Positions 28,183 through 37,748 of a stretch of 44,988 nt of DNA are shown here, in pieces. The notes beneath the pieces are model-generated. The model made no database searches, had not been told where the DNA came from, and saw only the letters and a program-made list of their open reading frames with translations. Numbering within the stretch: the first letter of the stretch is position 1; the number at the start of each line of letters is the position of its first letter. This DNA is from Variovorax sp. (GTDB lineage: Bacteria; Pseudomonadota; Gammaproteobacteria; Burkholderiales; Burkholderiaceae_C), in the NCBI GenBank assembly GCA_004211245.1, contig SEGN01000023.1:1-44988 (forward strand), given 5' to 3'. A program made the position numbers and the translations under genes.

Positions 28183-28521
28183 ATGACCTCTCTTGCCGAT
28201 ATCAATTCGCAGATTCAAAAGCATGACGAGCAGATCGCGCAATTGCGCAAGCAGGCCGAGGAACTGCGCAACAAGGAGCGTGCCGGTGTCATTGAAGAAG
28301 TCCGGCAAAAGATTGCGGAATACGGGCTTTCGGCCGCTGATCTCAAGTTGAGCGCGCGTGGCGCCAGCGGCAAGCGCAGCGCCGTTGCGGCCTCGCCGAA
28401 GGCTGTTGGAAAGTACCGCGGTCCGAATGGCGAAAGCTGGTCCGGCGGCCGTGGGCGCAAGCCGCGTTGGGTGACCGAGGCACTGGCGTCCGGCAAGTCG
28501 CTCTCCGATTTCGAGATCTGA
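28183..28521 (+). CDS. H-NS family nucleoid-associated protein
   Basis: N-terminal coiled coil; KYRGPNGESWSGGRGRKPRW DNA-binding motif. Confidence 0.9.
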   Translation: MTSLADINSQIQKHDEQIAQLRKQAEELRNKERAGVIEEVRQKIAEYGLSAADLKLSARGASGKRSAVAASPKAVGKYRGPNGESWSGGRGRKPRWVTEALASGKSLSDFEI

Positions 28522-28536
28522 GCCTTTGGCCAATGC

Positions 28537-28561
28537 AAAAAGCCCGCATTCGCGGGCTTTT
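28537..28561. terminator. Bidirectional terminator
   Basis: AAAAGCCCGC-ATTC-GCGGGCTTTT. Confidence 0.8.
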
Positions 28562-28584
28562 CTAATGGCGACAGCGACGGGCGC

Positions 28585-29571
28585 CTAGTTCACCATCACC
28601 AGTTTGCCCTTCACGCCGCGTGAACCCATGTGGGCAAAGGCCTCTTTCAGTTCGGCCATCGGTCTGGTGCTGTCGATCACCGGTTTGATCTTTCCTTCGC
28701 CGTACCATTGAATCAATTCGGTCATCATGGCGGCATTTGCCCGGGGCTCCTTCTTTGAGAAATCTCCCCAGAAGACACCGACAATCGATGCGCCTTTGAG
28801 CAATGTCAGATTCAGGGGCAGGGATGGAATGGGGCCTGCGGCAAAGCCCACCACCAGATAGCGGCCACGCCAGCCGATGGAGCGGAACGCCGGCTCCGCG
28901 AAGTCACCGCCCACCGGGTCGTAGATCACATCCGGGCCCTTGCCGTCGGTCGCTGCCTTGATGGCTTCACGGAAACCACCGGGCAACGCATGGGTGGTGT
29001 AGTTGATGGTGAGGTCGGCGCCGATCGACCGGCACAGCTCGCATTTCTCGTCAGTGGACGCTGCAGCGATCACGCGCGCACCGGCGGCTTTGGCGATCTG
29101 GATGGCCGCCGTGCCCACACCGCCCGCCGCGCCGAGGATCAGCACCGTTTCGCCTGCCTTGAGCTGCGCGCGGTCGATCAGGGCGTGCCACGAGGTGGCA
29201 TAGATCATGATGAACGCGGCAGCGTCCACATGGTCGAAGCCGGACGGCAAAGGCATGCACAGCGCGGCGGGGGCCAGCGTGTGGGTGCCGAAACCGCCGG
29301 TGCCCGACAGGCATGCCACGTTCTGGCCCACCTCGAGATGGGTCACGCCCTCTCCAACCTTTTCGATCACGCCCGAATACTCCGAACCCGGCACGAAGGG
29401 CAGCGCCGGCTTCATCTGGTACTTGTTCTGCACGATCAGCAGGTCGGGAAAATTGAGGCTTGCGGCCTTGATCGCGACCAGGACCTGGCCGGGGCCAGGT
29501 TGCGGTGTCGGCAGTTCTTTCCAGGTCAGCGCATCGACGCCGGTCGGGTTCTCGCAAATCCATGCGTGCAT
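28585..29571 (-). CDS. NADPH:quinone oxidoreductase (MDR family)
   Basis: SLNFPD, PGSEYSG, GAAGGVG, DPVGG, GKLVM; RBS AAGGAG. Confidence 0.9.
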   Translation of the reverse strand: MHAWICENPTGVDALTWKELPTPQPGPGQVLVAIKAASLNFPDLLIVQNKYQMKPALPFVPGSEYSGVIEKVGEGVTHLEVGQNVACLSGTGGFGTHTLAPAALCMPLPSGFDHVDAAAFIMIYATSWHALIDRAQLKAGETVLILGAAGGVGTAAIQIAKAAGARVIAAASTDEKCELCRSIGADLTINYTTHALPGGFREAIKAATDGKGPDVIYDPVGGDFAEPAFRSIGWRGRYLVVGFAAGPIPSLPLNLTLLKGASIVGVFWGDFSKKEPRANAAMMTELIQWYGEGKIKPVIDSTRPMAELKEAFAHMGSRGVKGKLVMVN

Positions 29572-29675
29572 GCAGAGGTCTCCTTGGGGGGCGGTCATGA
29601 TACGGCCCGGTCCGGGAGCGCCAATGTCTCTGGCGTGACCGGACGCAACCCTAGAATGACGCACTGATCGAAGCC

Positions 29676-30434
29676 ATGAAAATTCTCATCTCCAACGACG
29701 ACGGCTTCCAGGCGCCCGGCATCGTCGCGCTGCATGCGGCGCTGAAAGACATCGCCGATGTCGAAGTCGTCGCACCCGAACACAACAACAGCGCCAAGTC
29801 GAACGCGCTCACCCTGGCCGCACCGCTCTACGTGCACACCGCGCACAATGGCTTTCGCTATGTGACCGGCACGCCGGCCGACTGCGTGCACATCGCGCTG
29901 AAGGGCCTGCTCGACTACCGGCCCGACCTGGTGGTCTCCGGCATCAACAATGGCGCCAACATGGGCGACGACACGATCTATTCGGGCACTGTCGGTGCGG
30001 CGATGGAGGCGTATCTTTTCGGCATACCGGCGATTGCGTTTTCGCAGACCGAGAAGGGCTGGGCCCACATCGACGCGGCTGCCGAAGTGGCGCGCAGGCT
30101 GGTCCAGAAGATCGAACGCGAGCGCATGCACGAGGGCCCGGCGTTCCTGCTGAACGTCAATGTGCCGAATCGTCCGATCGAAGAGTTGCAGCCGGTGAAG
30201 GTGTGCCGACTGGGTCGGCGCCATGCGGCTGAAAAAGTGATCACGCAGGACAGCCCGCGCGGCGAGACGATGTACTGGATTGCCGGCGCGGGCAGCGCCA
30301 AGGACAGCGGCGAAGGCACGGATTTTCACGCCACCGCCGCAGGCCATGTTGCGCTGACGCCGCTGCAGATCGACCTCACCGATCACGCCAACCTGGGTGA
30401 GTGGCGCAACGCGGTCGCGCGTCTCGTTGCCTGA
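29676..30434 (+). CDS. surE: 5'/3'-nucleotidase SurE
   Basis: ISNDDG, GTPADCV, SGINNGAN, YSGTVGAA. Confidence 0.96.
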   Translation: MKILISNDDGFQAPGIVALHAALKDIADVEVVAPEHNNSAKSNALTLAAPLYVHTAHNGFRYVTGTPADCVHIALKGLLDYRPDLVVSGINNGANMGDDTIYSGTVGAAMEAYLFGIPAIAFSQTEKGWAHIDAAAEVARRLVQKIERERMHEGPAFLLNVNVPNRPIEELQPVKVCRLGRRHAAEKVITQDSPRGETMYWIAGAGSAKDSGEGTDFHATAAGHVALTPLQIDLTDHANLGEWRNAVARLVA

Positions 30435-31210
30435 TGGCCACCCAGCGCCCGAGTTTCCCGGTCCGACTCACGCCGACGGCGTCGGCTGCCACGCGTGGAA
30501 AGCCGTCCGCCGTACCGGCTCGGCCTGTGGCGGTGAGCAGCACGCCCTCGATGGCGTCCGATGCGGTGCGCGCACGCATGGTTGCGCGCCTGGCCGGGCA
30601 GGGCATTGGAGACGCTCGCGTGTTGCGCGCGATGGGCACGGTGGAACGACACCGCTTCGTCGACAGCGCGCTGGTGAACCAGGCGTACGAAGACACCAGC
30701 CTGCCGATCGGGCTGGGGCAGACGATCTCCAAGCCGAACGTGGTGGCGCGGATGATCGAGCTGCTGCTCGGCGCGCCAGCGTTGGCCGGCAAGCCGGGCG
30801 ACAAGCTCGGCCGCGTGCTCGAGATCGGCACCGGCTGCGGCTACCAGGCGGCGGTGCTGAGCCACGTGGCCAGCGAGGTCTACAGCATCGAGCGACTGCG
30901 CGGTCTGCACGAGAGGGCGCGCAGCAATCTGCGCCCGTTCCGCATCGCCACGCTGCACCTGCTGCTGGGCGACGGCATGCTCGGGTTCGTCAAGGGTGCG
31001 CCCTATGCCGGCATCGTCGCCGCGGCGGGCGGCGAGGCCATTCCCGATGCTTGGGTCGACCAGTTGGCCGTGGGCGGTCGCATCGTCGCCCCGACCCACT
31101 CGGCGGCCGGCGGGCAGGCCCTCGTGGTGATCGACAAAACCGCTCGGGGACTGGAGCGCCGCATTCTGGAGGCGGTTCACTTTGTCCCCCTAAAATCGGG
31201 TATCGCTTAA
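30434..31210 (+). CDS. pcm: Protein-L-isoaspartate O-methyltransferase
   Basis: GQTISKP, VLEIGTGCGYQ, HFVPL; TGATG coupling with surE. Confidence 0.95.
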   Translation: MATQRPSFPVRLTPTASAATRGKPSAVPARPVAVSSTPSMASDAVRARMVARLAGQGIGDARVLRAMGTVERHRFVDSALVNQAYEDTSLPIGLGQTISKPNVVARMIELLLGAPALAGKPGDKLGRVLEIGTGCGYQAAVLSHVASEVYSIERLRGLHERARSNLRPFRIATLHLLLGDGMLGFVKGAPYAGIVAAAGGEAIPDAWVDQLAVGGRIVAPTHSAAGGQALVVIDKTARGLERRILEAVHFVPLKSGIA

Positions 31211-31220
31211 GGAAGAACAC

Positions 31221-32147
31221 ATGCAGGGTTTTGGAAATCGGAGCTGGGTCACCGGCATGGCGCTGGCGTTGACGATCGTGATTGCGGGATGCGCAACACC
31301 ACGTACGCCCGCACCGGTCGAAGATCGCGGCGCCATGACCAAGGCACCGGTCCCAGGGGTTGCAACGCCGGGCGTCTCGCCTCTCACTGTCGATTCGCAG
31401 GGGCGGCCACTTGCGGGTATCGAGAACTATGGCAAGCCCGGTTACTACGCGGTGCGGCCCGGCGACACCATCCGGCGCATCGGAACCGAGACCGGCCAGC
31501 GCTGGCAGGACATCGTCCGCTGGAACAGCCTGGACAACCCCGACCAGATCGAAGTCGGACAGGTGCTGCGCGTGATTCCGCCTGCAGGCCCGTCGGCACC
31601 GGCCACCGCCGACGCTTCCAGCGCAACCACCCGGCCTGTAACGCAGTCGAGCGTGGCGGCCGGTGCAGCCGCCGCAGCCGCCGCAGCGGCCCCGGCCACT
31701 GCCGCCAGCGCACCACCGACCAAGCCGCCGGTCACCACGTCGTCCGTGGCGCCGGCCGCTGCCGCCGCTGGCGACGAAGACGTGGGCTGGATCTGGCCGA
31801 CCACGCATGGCACCCTGATCGCCGGGTTCGACGAGGCCAAGAACAAGGGGCTCGACATCAGTGGCAAGGCAGGTGATCCCGTGATGGCGGCGGCCGACGG
31901 CCGGGTCGTCTACGCCGGAGCCGGTTTGCGCGGCTACGGCAACCTGATCATCCTCAAGCACAACAACACCTACCTGACGGCCTATGCCCACAACCAGACG
32001 CTGTTGGTCAAGGAAGACCAGTCGGTGCAGAAGGGCCAGAAGATTGCCGAGATGGGCAACAGCGACGCGGACCGCGTGAAGCTGCATTTCGAGATCCGCC
32101 GCCAGGGCAAACCGGTCGATCCGGCGCGCTATCTGCCGGCACGTTAG
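31221..32147 (+). CDS. nlpD: NlpD-like LysM/M23 lipoprotein
   Basis: Lipobox IAGC, LysM (YAVRPGDT), M23 domain (NKGLDI, YAHN, LHFEIR). Confidence 0.93.
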   Translation: MQGFGNRSWVTGMALALTIVIAGCATPRTPAPVEDRGAMTKAPVPGVATPGVSPLTVDSQGRPLAGIENYGKPGYYAVRPGDTIRRIGTETGQRWQDIVRWNSLDNPDQIEVGQVLRVIPPAGPSAPATADASSATTRPVTQSSVAAGAAAAAAAAAPATAASAPPTKPPVTTSSVAPAAAAAGDEDVGWIWPTTHGTLIAGFDEAKNKGLDISGKAGDPVMAAADGRVVYAGAGLRGYGNLIILKHNNTYLTAYAHNQTLLVKEDQSVQKGQKIAEMGNSDADRVKLHFEIRRQGKPVDPARYLPAR

Positions 32148-32183
32148 ACGGCTCGGCCTTCATTGCGCTGAGACAATCGGCGC

Positions 32184-33623
32184 ATGACAATTCCCACAGA
32201 AGAAAAGACAAGGCCGAGTACCGTGTCGTCCCCGGACGAATGGCTGCACATCGAATCGCTGGATCTCGAAGGTCAGGGCGTGGCACACCGGGCCGACGGC
32301 AAGGTGGTCTTCGTCGAAGGTGCGCTGCCTTTCGAGGAAGTCCAGACGAGTCTGCTGCGGCGCAAGAACAGCTGGGAGCGGGGCGTGATGACGGCGTTGC
32401 GGCAAGAGTCCTCGCAGCGCGTGCGACCCGGCTGCCCGCATTTCGGCCTTCACGCCGGTGCCTGCGGCGGCTGCAAGATGCAGCATCTGGATGCGGCCGC
32501 GCAGGTCGCGGTCAAGCAACGCGCGCTCGAGGATGCGCTGTGGCATCTCGGCAAGGTCAGGCCCGACAACATGCTGCGCCCGCTCGAAGGCCCGGCTTGG
32601 CACTACCGCTACCGTGCGCGCCTGTCGGTTCGGCATGTGATCAAGAAGGGGACGACGCTGATCGGCTTTCACGAGCGCAAGAGCAGCTACGTGGCCGACA
32701 TGACCGTTTGCCCGGTACTGCCGGCGCCGGTGAGCGCTTTGCTGCTGCCGTTGCGCTCGCTGATCGATTCGATGGAGGCGCGCGAGACCTGCCCACAGAT
32801 CGAACTCGCCTGTGGCGACGCACCGGGCAGTACCACGCTCGGCGTGATAGCGCTGGTGTTGCGGCACCTGGAACCGCTGTCCGATGCCGACATCGCGCGG
32901 CTCAAGGCATTCGCACTGGAACATTCCGCGGTGCAGTGGTGGTTGCAGGCGAAGGGTCCGGACACAGTCAAGCTGCTGGAAGAAGGCGGGCCGGCACTGT
33001 CTTACGAACTGCCCGACTTCGGCATCACGATGCCATTCAAGCCGACCGATTTCACGCAGGTCAATCCACACATCAACCGCGTGCTCGTGACGCGCGCACT
33101 GCGCCTGCTCGACGTGCAGCGCGACGAGCGTGTGATCGACTGGTTCTGCGGGCTCGGCAACTTCACGTTGCCGCTGGCGACGTGCGCACGGGAGGTGCTC
33201 GGCATCGAGGGAAGCGATGCACTGGTGGCCCGCGCGAGCGACAACTTTCGAAGAAACCGGGCCGCAATGGCTGCCGGTCGGGCGCTGTGCGCGACCACGT
33301 TTGCGGCGCGCAATCTGTTCGACATGACGCCCGCGATGCTGGTTGCGGACGGCCATGCCGATCGCTGGCTGGTGGACCCGCCTCGCGAGGGCGCGTTTGC
33401 GCTCGCCAGGGCGGTGGTCGACCTGCATGAGCAACCCGAGTTGCGCGGTGATTGGAGACCGCCCAAGCGCATTGTCTACGTGAGCTGCAACCCGGCCACG
33501 CTGGCACGCGATGCCGGGTTGCTGGTGAACCTGGGCGGCTACCGCTGCAGCAGTGCAGGCGTCATCAACATGTTCCCGCACACGGCGCACGTCGAGTCGA
33601 TGGCGGTGTTCGACCTGGCGTGA
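32184..33623 (+). CDS. rlmD: 23S rRNA (uracil-1939-C5)-methyltransferase
   Basis: TRAM domain, CPHF...CGGC Fe-S motif, [26 protein letters not shown]. Confidence 0.95.
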   Translation: MTIPTEEKTRPSTVSSPDEWLHIESLDLEGQGVAHRADGKVVFVEGALPFEEVQTSLLRRKNSWERGVMTALRQESSQRVRPGCPHFGLHAGACGGCKMQHLDAAAQVAVKQRALEDALWHLGKVRPDNMLRPLEGPAWHYRYRARLSVRHVIKKGTTLIGFHERKSSYVADMTVCPVLPAPVSALLLPLRSLIDSMEARETCPQIELACGDAPGSTTLGVIALVLRHLEPLSDADIARLKAFALEHSAVQWWLQAKGPDTVKLLEEGGPALSYELPDFGITMPFKPTDFTQVNPHINRVLVTRALRLLDVQRDERVIDWFCGLGNFTLPLATCAREVLGIEGSDALVARASDNFRRNRAAMAAGRALCATTFAARNLFDMTPAMLVADGHADRWLVDPPREGAFALARAVVDLHEQPELRGDWRPPKRIVYVSCNPATLARDAGLLVNLGGYRCSSAGVINMFPHTAHVESMAVFDLA

Positions 33624-33634
33624 TCGCAAAATAG

Positions 33635-33655
33635 AAAAGGGGCCTCAGGCCCCTT
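33635..33655. terminator. Terminator between convergent rlmD and BI-1 gene
   Basis: AAGGGGCC-TCA-GGCCCCTT. Confidence 0.65.
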
Positions 33656-33681
33656 GTCGATCCAGCACGGCGTTGAGCCGA

Positions 33682-34383
33682 TCAATCTCTTTCGCCGCCC
33701 GCAATGCCCAGCAGCGCCAGCAGGCTCTGAAACACGTTGAACAGGTCGAGGTACAGCGCCAGCGTGGCCGTGATGTAGTTGGTCTCGCCGCCGTCCATGA
33801 TCTGCTTCAGGTCGTAGAGCATGTAGGCGGAGAAGATGCCGATCGCCGCCACCGAGATGGCCATCATGCCCGCCGTGGATCCGACGAAAACGTTGACGAT
33901 CGATCCGACGAAAAGCACCAGCACGCCCACGAACAGGAACTTGCCCATGCCGGACAGATCGCGCTTGATCACGGTAGCGAGCGAAGCCATCACGAAGAAG
34001 ACGCCGGCCGTGCCACCAAAGGCTGTCATCACGAGTTCGGGTCCGTTCTTGAAGCCCAGCACCATCGAAATCATGCGCGAGAGCATCAGGCCCATGAAGA
34101 AGGTGAAGCCGAGCAGCACCGGCACGCCGGCTGCCGAGTTCTTCGTCTTCTCGATCGCGAACATGAACCCGAAGGCGCCGCCAAGAAACACGATCAGGCC
34201 GAGGCCACCGCCGAGCGAGCGTGTGATGCCGGTCTGTACGCCCAGCCACGCGCCGAGCACGGTCGGGACCATGCTGAGTGCCAGCAGCCAGTAGGTGTTT
34301 CGCAGCACGCGCTGGCGTTCTGCCTGAGGCAGTGCCTGGCCGTAGGCGGCGGAGGTGTCGAGGGTGTTGACGCGGTCGTTCAT
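33682..34383 (-). CDS. Bax inhibitor-1/YccA family membrane protein
   Basis: RVLRNTYWLL, 7 TM, GGETNYITATLALYLD. Confidence 0.92.
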   Translation of the reverse strand: MNDRVNTLDTSAAYGQALPQAERQRVLRNTYWLLALSMVPTVLGAWLGVQTGITRSLGGGLGLIVFLGGAFGFMFAIEKTKNSAAGVPVLLGFTFFMGLMLSRMISMVLGFKNGPELVMTAFGGTAGVFFVMASLATVIKRDLSGMGKFLFVGVLVLFVGSIVNVFVGSTAGMMAISVAAIGIFSAYMLYDLKQIMDGGETNYITATLALYLDLFNVFQSLLALLGIAGGERD

Positions 34384-34511
34384 TGCCGAATGCTCCTGTG
34401 GACTGCAGAACTGCAGTTGGGCGCATTTTAGGGGTCGGCAAGGGGGGCACGGAACAAAAACCGCGCTGCCCTGTCGTTATGCTCGGGGGTCCATTCGCAA
34501 CCGAACCGACC

Positions 34512-34919
34512 ATGAAAACCAAGTCTTTTCTCGAACTCGCCGACGTCAAGGCCATCGCTGCAGCTGCCGAGGCCGAAGCGCTCAAGAACAACTGGGCCGT
34601 GACGATCGCCATCTCGGACGATGCCGGCAACTTGCTGTGGCTCCAGCGCCTGGACGGTGCTGCTGCGCTGTCCTCCCACATCGCGCCGGCCAAGGCGCAC
34701 ACGGCAGCCATGGGGCGCCGCGACAGCAAGGTTTATGAAGACATCGTCAACGGCGGACGTACGGCGTTCCTGAGCGTTCCATGCGTCGAAGGCTTGCTCG
34801 AGGGAGGCGTGCCGATCGTGAAGGACGGGCAGGTGATCGGTGCCGTGGGCGTGAGCGGCGTGAAATCGAACGAAGACGCTCAAATCGCCAAAGCGGGTAT
34901 TGCAGCACTCGGGCTCTGA
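34512..34919 (+). CDS. GlcG/HbpS family heme-binding protein
   Basis: IAISDDAG, AKAHTAA, GGVPI...GAVGVSG...EDAQIA. Confidence 0.9.
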   Translation: MKTKSFLELADVKAIAAAAEAEALKNNWAVTIAISDDAGNLLWLQRLDGAAALSSHIAPAKAHTAAMGRRDSKVYEDIVNGGRTAFLSVPCVEGLLEGGVPIVKDGQVIGAVGVSGVKSNEDAQIAKAGIAALGL

Positions 34920-34942
34920 AGCCCCGGCAGGCGCTCAGAAGC

Positions 34943-34969
34943 AAAACGCCGACCTCAGGTCGGCGTTTG
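34943..34969. terminator. Bidirectional terminator
   Basis: AAACGCCGACC-TCA-GGTCGGCGTTT. Confidence 0.75.
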
Positions 34970-35107
34970 TCGTTGGGTGTTCGTCGTGAAAAAAAAGCAT
35001 GGCTGGTCGGCGAGCCGGTGGCTAGCAAAAAACGACCCTTCGGAGAGTGAGCCTCCTCGAGTCGCCCCACGATGAAACTTGCCTTGGGGGCGGCTGATGC
35101 GTTCTGC

Positions 35108-35320
35108 CTATTTGGTGAGGATCAGCTTGCCGAGTTTGGTGGCCTGCAGTCGGTAGAGCGAACCGTTGTGCAGGATGCCGACGGTCTTGTTGCCTTGCAG
35201 CAGCGCTGCGCTTTCGACCAGCGGGGCAGGCCGGTTGCCGCTGACCTCCGCGCCACGACCGCCCGTTTGGTCGAGCGAAGGATGGCTCAGTACGGAGAAA
35301 GAAGTGAGGGTGGTTTGCAT
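35108..35320 (-). CDS. hemP: Hemin uptake protein HemP
   Basis: SAALLQG...ILHNGSLYRLQATKLGKLILTK signature. Confidence 0.92.
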   Translation of the reverse strand: MQTTLTSFSVLSHPSLDQTGGRGAEVSGNRPAPLVESAALLQGNKTVGILHNGSLYRLQATKLGKLILTK

Positions 35321-35345
35321 GGCGATGGCCTTGGAGTCGATGTCT

Positions 35346-35366
35346 AAATGATAACTATTCTCAATA
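35346..35366. promoter_or_regulatory. Fur box upstream of hemP
   Basis: AAATGATAACTATTCTCAATA. Confidence 0.8.
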
Positions 35367-35412
35367 AAAAAGTCAATCGACTTGATGAACAAATCGAGTG
35401 CGAAGGGTGTTC

Positions 35413-35826
<414 letters not shown>

Positions 35827-35831
35827 GGTGT

Positions 35832-36545
35832 TCAGCCTTTCTTGAGCGGGACGATGGTGGCCGGTTCGCTGCTCTGCACCCGGGCCCCGGTGACGAAGTA
35901 CGCGTGCAGGTCGTGCGCGAAACTGTTGAGCTTGGTCAGCACGAACTTGTTGCCGCGCACCAGTGCGTTGTAGCCCAGCACGGCCGGGATCGCGACGGCC
36001 AGACCGAGCGCCGTCATGATCAGCGCTTCGCCGATCGGGCCTGCCACCTTGTCGATGGTCGCCTGTCCTGCGGAACTGATGCTCATGAGCGCGTGGTAGA
36101 TGCCCCAAACCGTCCCGAAGAGGCCGATGAAAGGCGCGGTGGAGCCGACCGAGGCGAGGATGGCCAGCCCGGTTTGCAGGCGTGCGGTGAACTCGTCGAT
36201 GCCGTTGCGCAGGCAGCGTGTGACCCAGTCGCTCACATCCAGTGTGTCGTGCAGGTGCGCCTTGGTGTTGCGATGGTGGGCCGTGGCTTCGCGGCCTTCG
36301 AGTGCCAACGCGCGGAACGGATTGCTGTCGTCCTTTCCAAGCTTGTTCAAGGCGGTGGCGAAATCTTCGCTGTGCCAGAAATCCGACGATGCATTGGCCA
36401 TCCGCTTGTAGCGAATGACATCGAGCGCCTTGATGATGATCACGATCCACGACGCGAGCGACATGCCGATCAGCAGCACCGCCACGGCCTTGGTGACGAG
36501 GTCGCCCTGCGACCAGAGGTTCATCAAGCCAAACTGGGAATCCAT
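35832..36545 (-). CDS. exbB: ExbB/MotA/TolQ proton channel
   Basis: TAPFIGLFGTVWGI, EALIMTALGLAVAIPA. Confidence 0.94.
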   Translation of the reverse strand: MDSQFGLMNLWSQGDLVTKAVAVLLIGMSLASWIVIIIKALDVIRYKRMANASSDFWHSEDFATALNKLGKDDSNPFRALALEGREATAHHRNTKAHLHDTLDVSDWVTRCLRNGIDEFTARLQTGLAILASVGSTAPFIGLFGTVWGIYHALMSISSAGQATIDKVAGPIGEALIMTALGLAVAIPAVLGYNALVRGNKFVLTKLNSFAHDLHAYFVTGARVQSSEPATIVPLKKG

Positions 36546-36560
36546 AACTGCTGCTCCAAA

Positions 36561-37268
36561 CTACTGGGAAAGAGTGAAATTGAAAGGCGCCCTGAACATG
36601 TAGACGGTGGCGTCGTTGCCGCCTTGCTGCCTGATCGGGGTGACCTGAGAGGCCATGACCGCGTCTCGCGCGGCCTGATCCAGTCGGTCATAGCCGCTGG
36701 ACTTGGAAATCTCGGCCCGCTTGGGGAGGCCGTTGCTGCTGAAGTACACCGCGATGATGACCGTGCCGGTCTCGCCCATGCGCTTGCTCATCGCCGGATA
36801 CACGACCCGCGGCTCACGGATGTACTGAATCTGGCCCTGGGTGACTTCGACCAGCTTCGGTGCAGGTGGCGCCGGCGGTGCCGGCGGGGGTGCTGGCGGT
36901 TCGGGCGGTTCGGGCGGTGCCGGCGGAGCAATGGGCGCTGGCGGTGGTGGCGGCTCGACGCTGCCGGTCGGCGCGTCGGGCGGCGGCGGGACCGGTGTGC
37001 GAATGGCCTGCGGCCGGGGCGGCGGCGGCGTCTTCGTGACCTCTCGCTTGGGCGGAGGCGGTGGCAGAGGAGGTGGAGGCGGCGGTTCTGCCGGTTTGGG
37101 CGGCTCGATCATCTGGCTCAGAATTTCGACCGGAATCACGATTTCGGCCGCCTTGCGGATGAGCCCGGCTTGCAGCGCCCACAGCGCCGCCACGTGAAAC
37201 AGCACGACGCCGCCCGCGATCACGGTGTTGCGGGAAAGTCCGGTGGGAGCGGAGAAGCGGTCAGACAC
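36561..37268 (-). CDS. tonB: Energy transducer TonB
   Basis: N-terminal TM with His, Pro-rich spacer, YP...GETG...SSGYDRLDQAA C-terminal domain; GTG start. Confidence 0.92.
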   Translation of the reverse strand: MSDRFSAPTGLSRNTVIAGGVVLFHVAALWALQAGLIRKAAEIVIPVEILSQMIEPPKPAEPPPPPPLPPPPPKREVTKTPPPPRPQAIRTPVPPPPDAPTGSVEPPPPPAPIAPPAPPEPPEPPAPPPAPPAPPAPKLVEVTQGQIQYIREPRVVYPAMSKRMGETGTVIIAVYFSSNGLPKRAEISKSSGYDRLDQAARDAVMASQVTPIRQQGGNDATVYMFRAPFNFTLSQ

Positions 37269-37325
37269 GATCAGCCATTCGACGAGAGTAGGCGCCCAAA
37301 AGTGCCCGGGCGCGGCCAGAAACCG

Positions 37326-37400
37326 CTATTTGCGAAAAATCCACCAGGCCGAGCCGGCCACGAAAATCAGGCTGCCGCCGAGTGCTGAAAAGAGTTCCAT
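37326..37400 (-). CDS. Small 24-aa hydrophobic peptide MELFSALGGSLIFVAGSAWWIFRK (below the ORF-track cutoff)
   Basis: ATG 37400 to TAG 37326, AAGGA RBS about 9 nt upstream, single TM-like helix ending WWIFRK; overlaps the bfd 3' end. Confidence 0.6.
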   Translation of the reverse strand: MELFSALGGSLIFVAGSAWWIFRK

Positions 37401-37639
37401 GCGTTGCCGTCCTTGATGGAGTTGGCAAGCTGGATCACATGCACCCCGTCGTCACGGTGCAATGACGCCACCGGATGCGATGCGCTGCATTGCGCGACGA
37501 CATCGCGTGCGCAACCTTCGCACCGGCCACACTGGGTGGCCACGCCAAGTTCGAACTGCACCTCGTCGAACGTCATGCCGGCGCGCGCGTGGCGCGCGAT
37601 CTCCCGGTCAGACACTCGGCGGCATACACAAACGATCAT
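37367..37639 (-). CDS. bfd: Bacterioferritin-associated [2Fe-2S] ferredoxin
   Basis: MIVCVCRRVSD...VATQCGRC. Confidence 0.9.
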   Translation of the reverse strand: MIVCVCRRVSDREIARHARAGMTFDEVQFELGVATQCGRCEGCARDVVAQCSASHPVASLHRDDGVHVIQLANSIKDGNAWNSFQHSAAA

Positions 37640-37681
37640 GGCGGCAAGGGCAGCTGTTGGCTGGCTGTTGGTGAAGGCCCG

Positions 37682-37708
37682 ATTATAAATACGAATCTCT
37701 CGCATTTG
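37682..37708 (-). promoter_or_regulatory. Fur box overlapping the bfd promoter
   Basis: Minus strand AAATGCGAGAGATTCGTATTT running into a TATAAT -10 box. Confidence 0.7.
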
Positions 37709-37748
37709 CAATAACCATGCACTTCCAGAGGCGGCAATTTCCCGCTTT

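Noticed and set aside
31580-31770. GCC-rich low-complexity repeats in nlpD
   Set aside because: They encode the normal Ala/Pro/Thr linker between the LysM and M23 domains.
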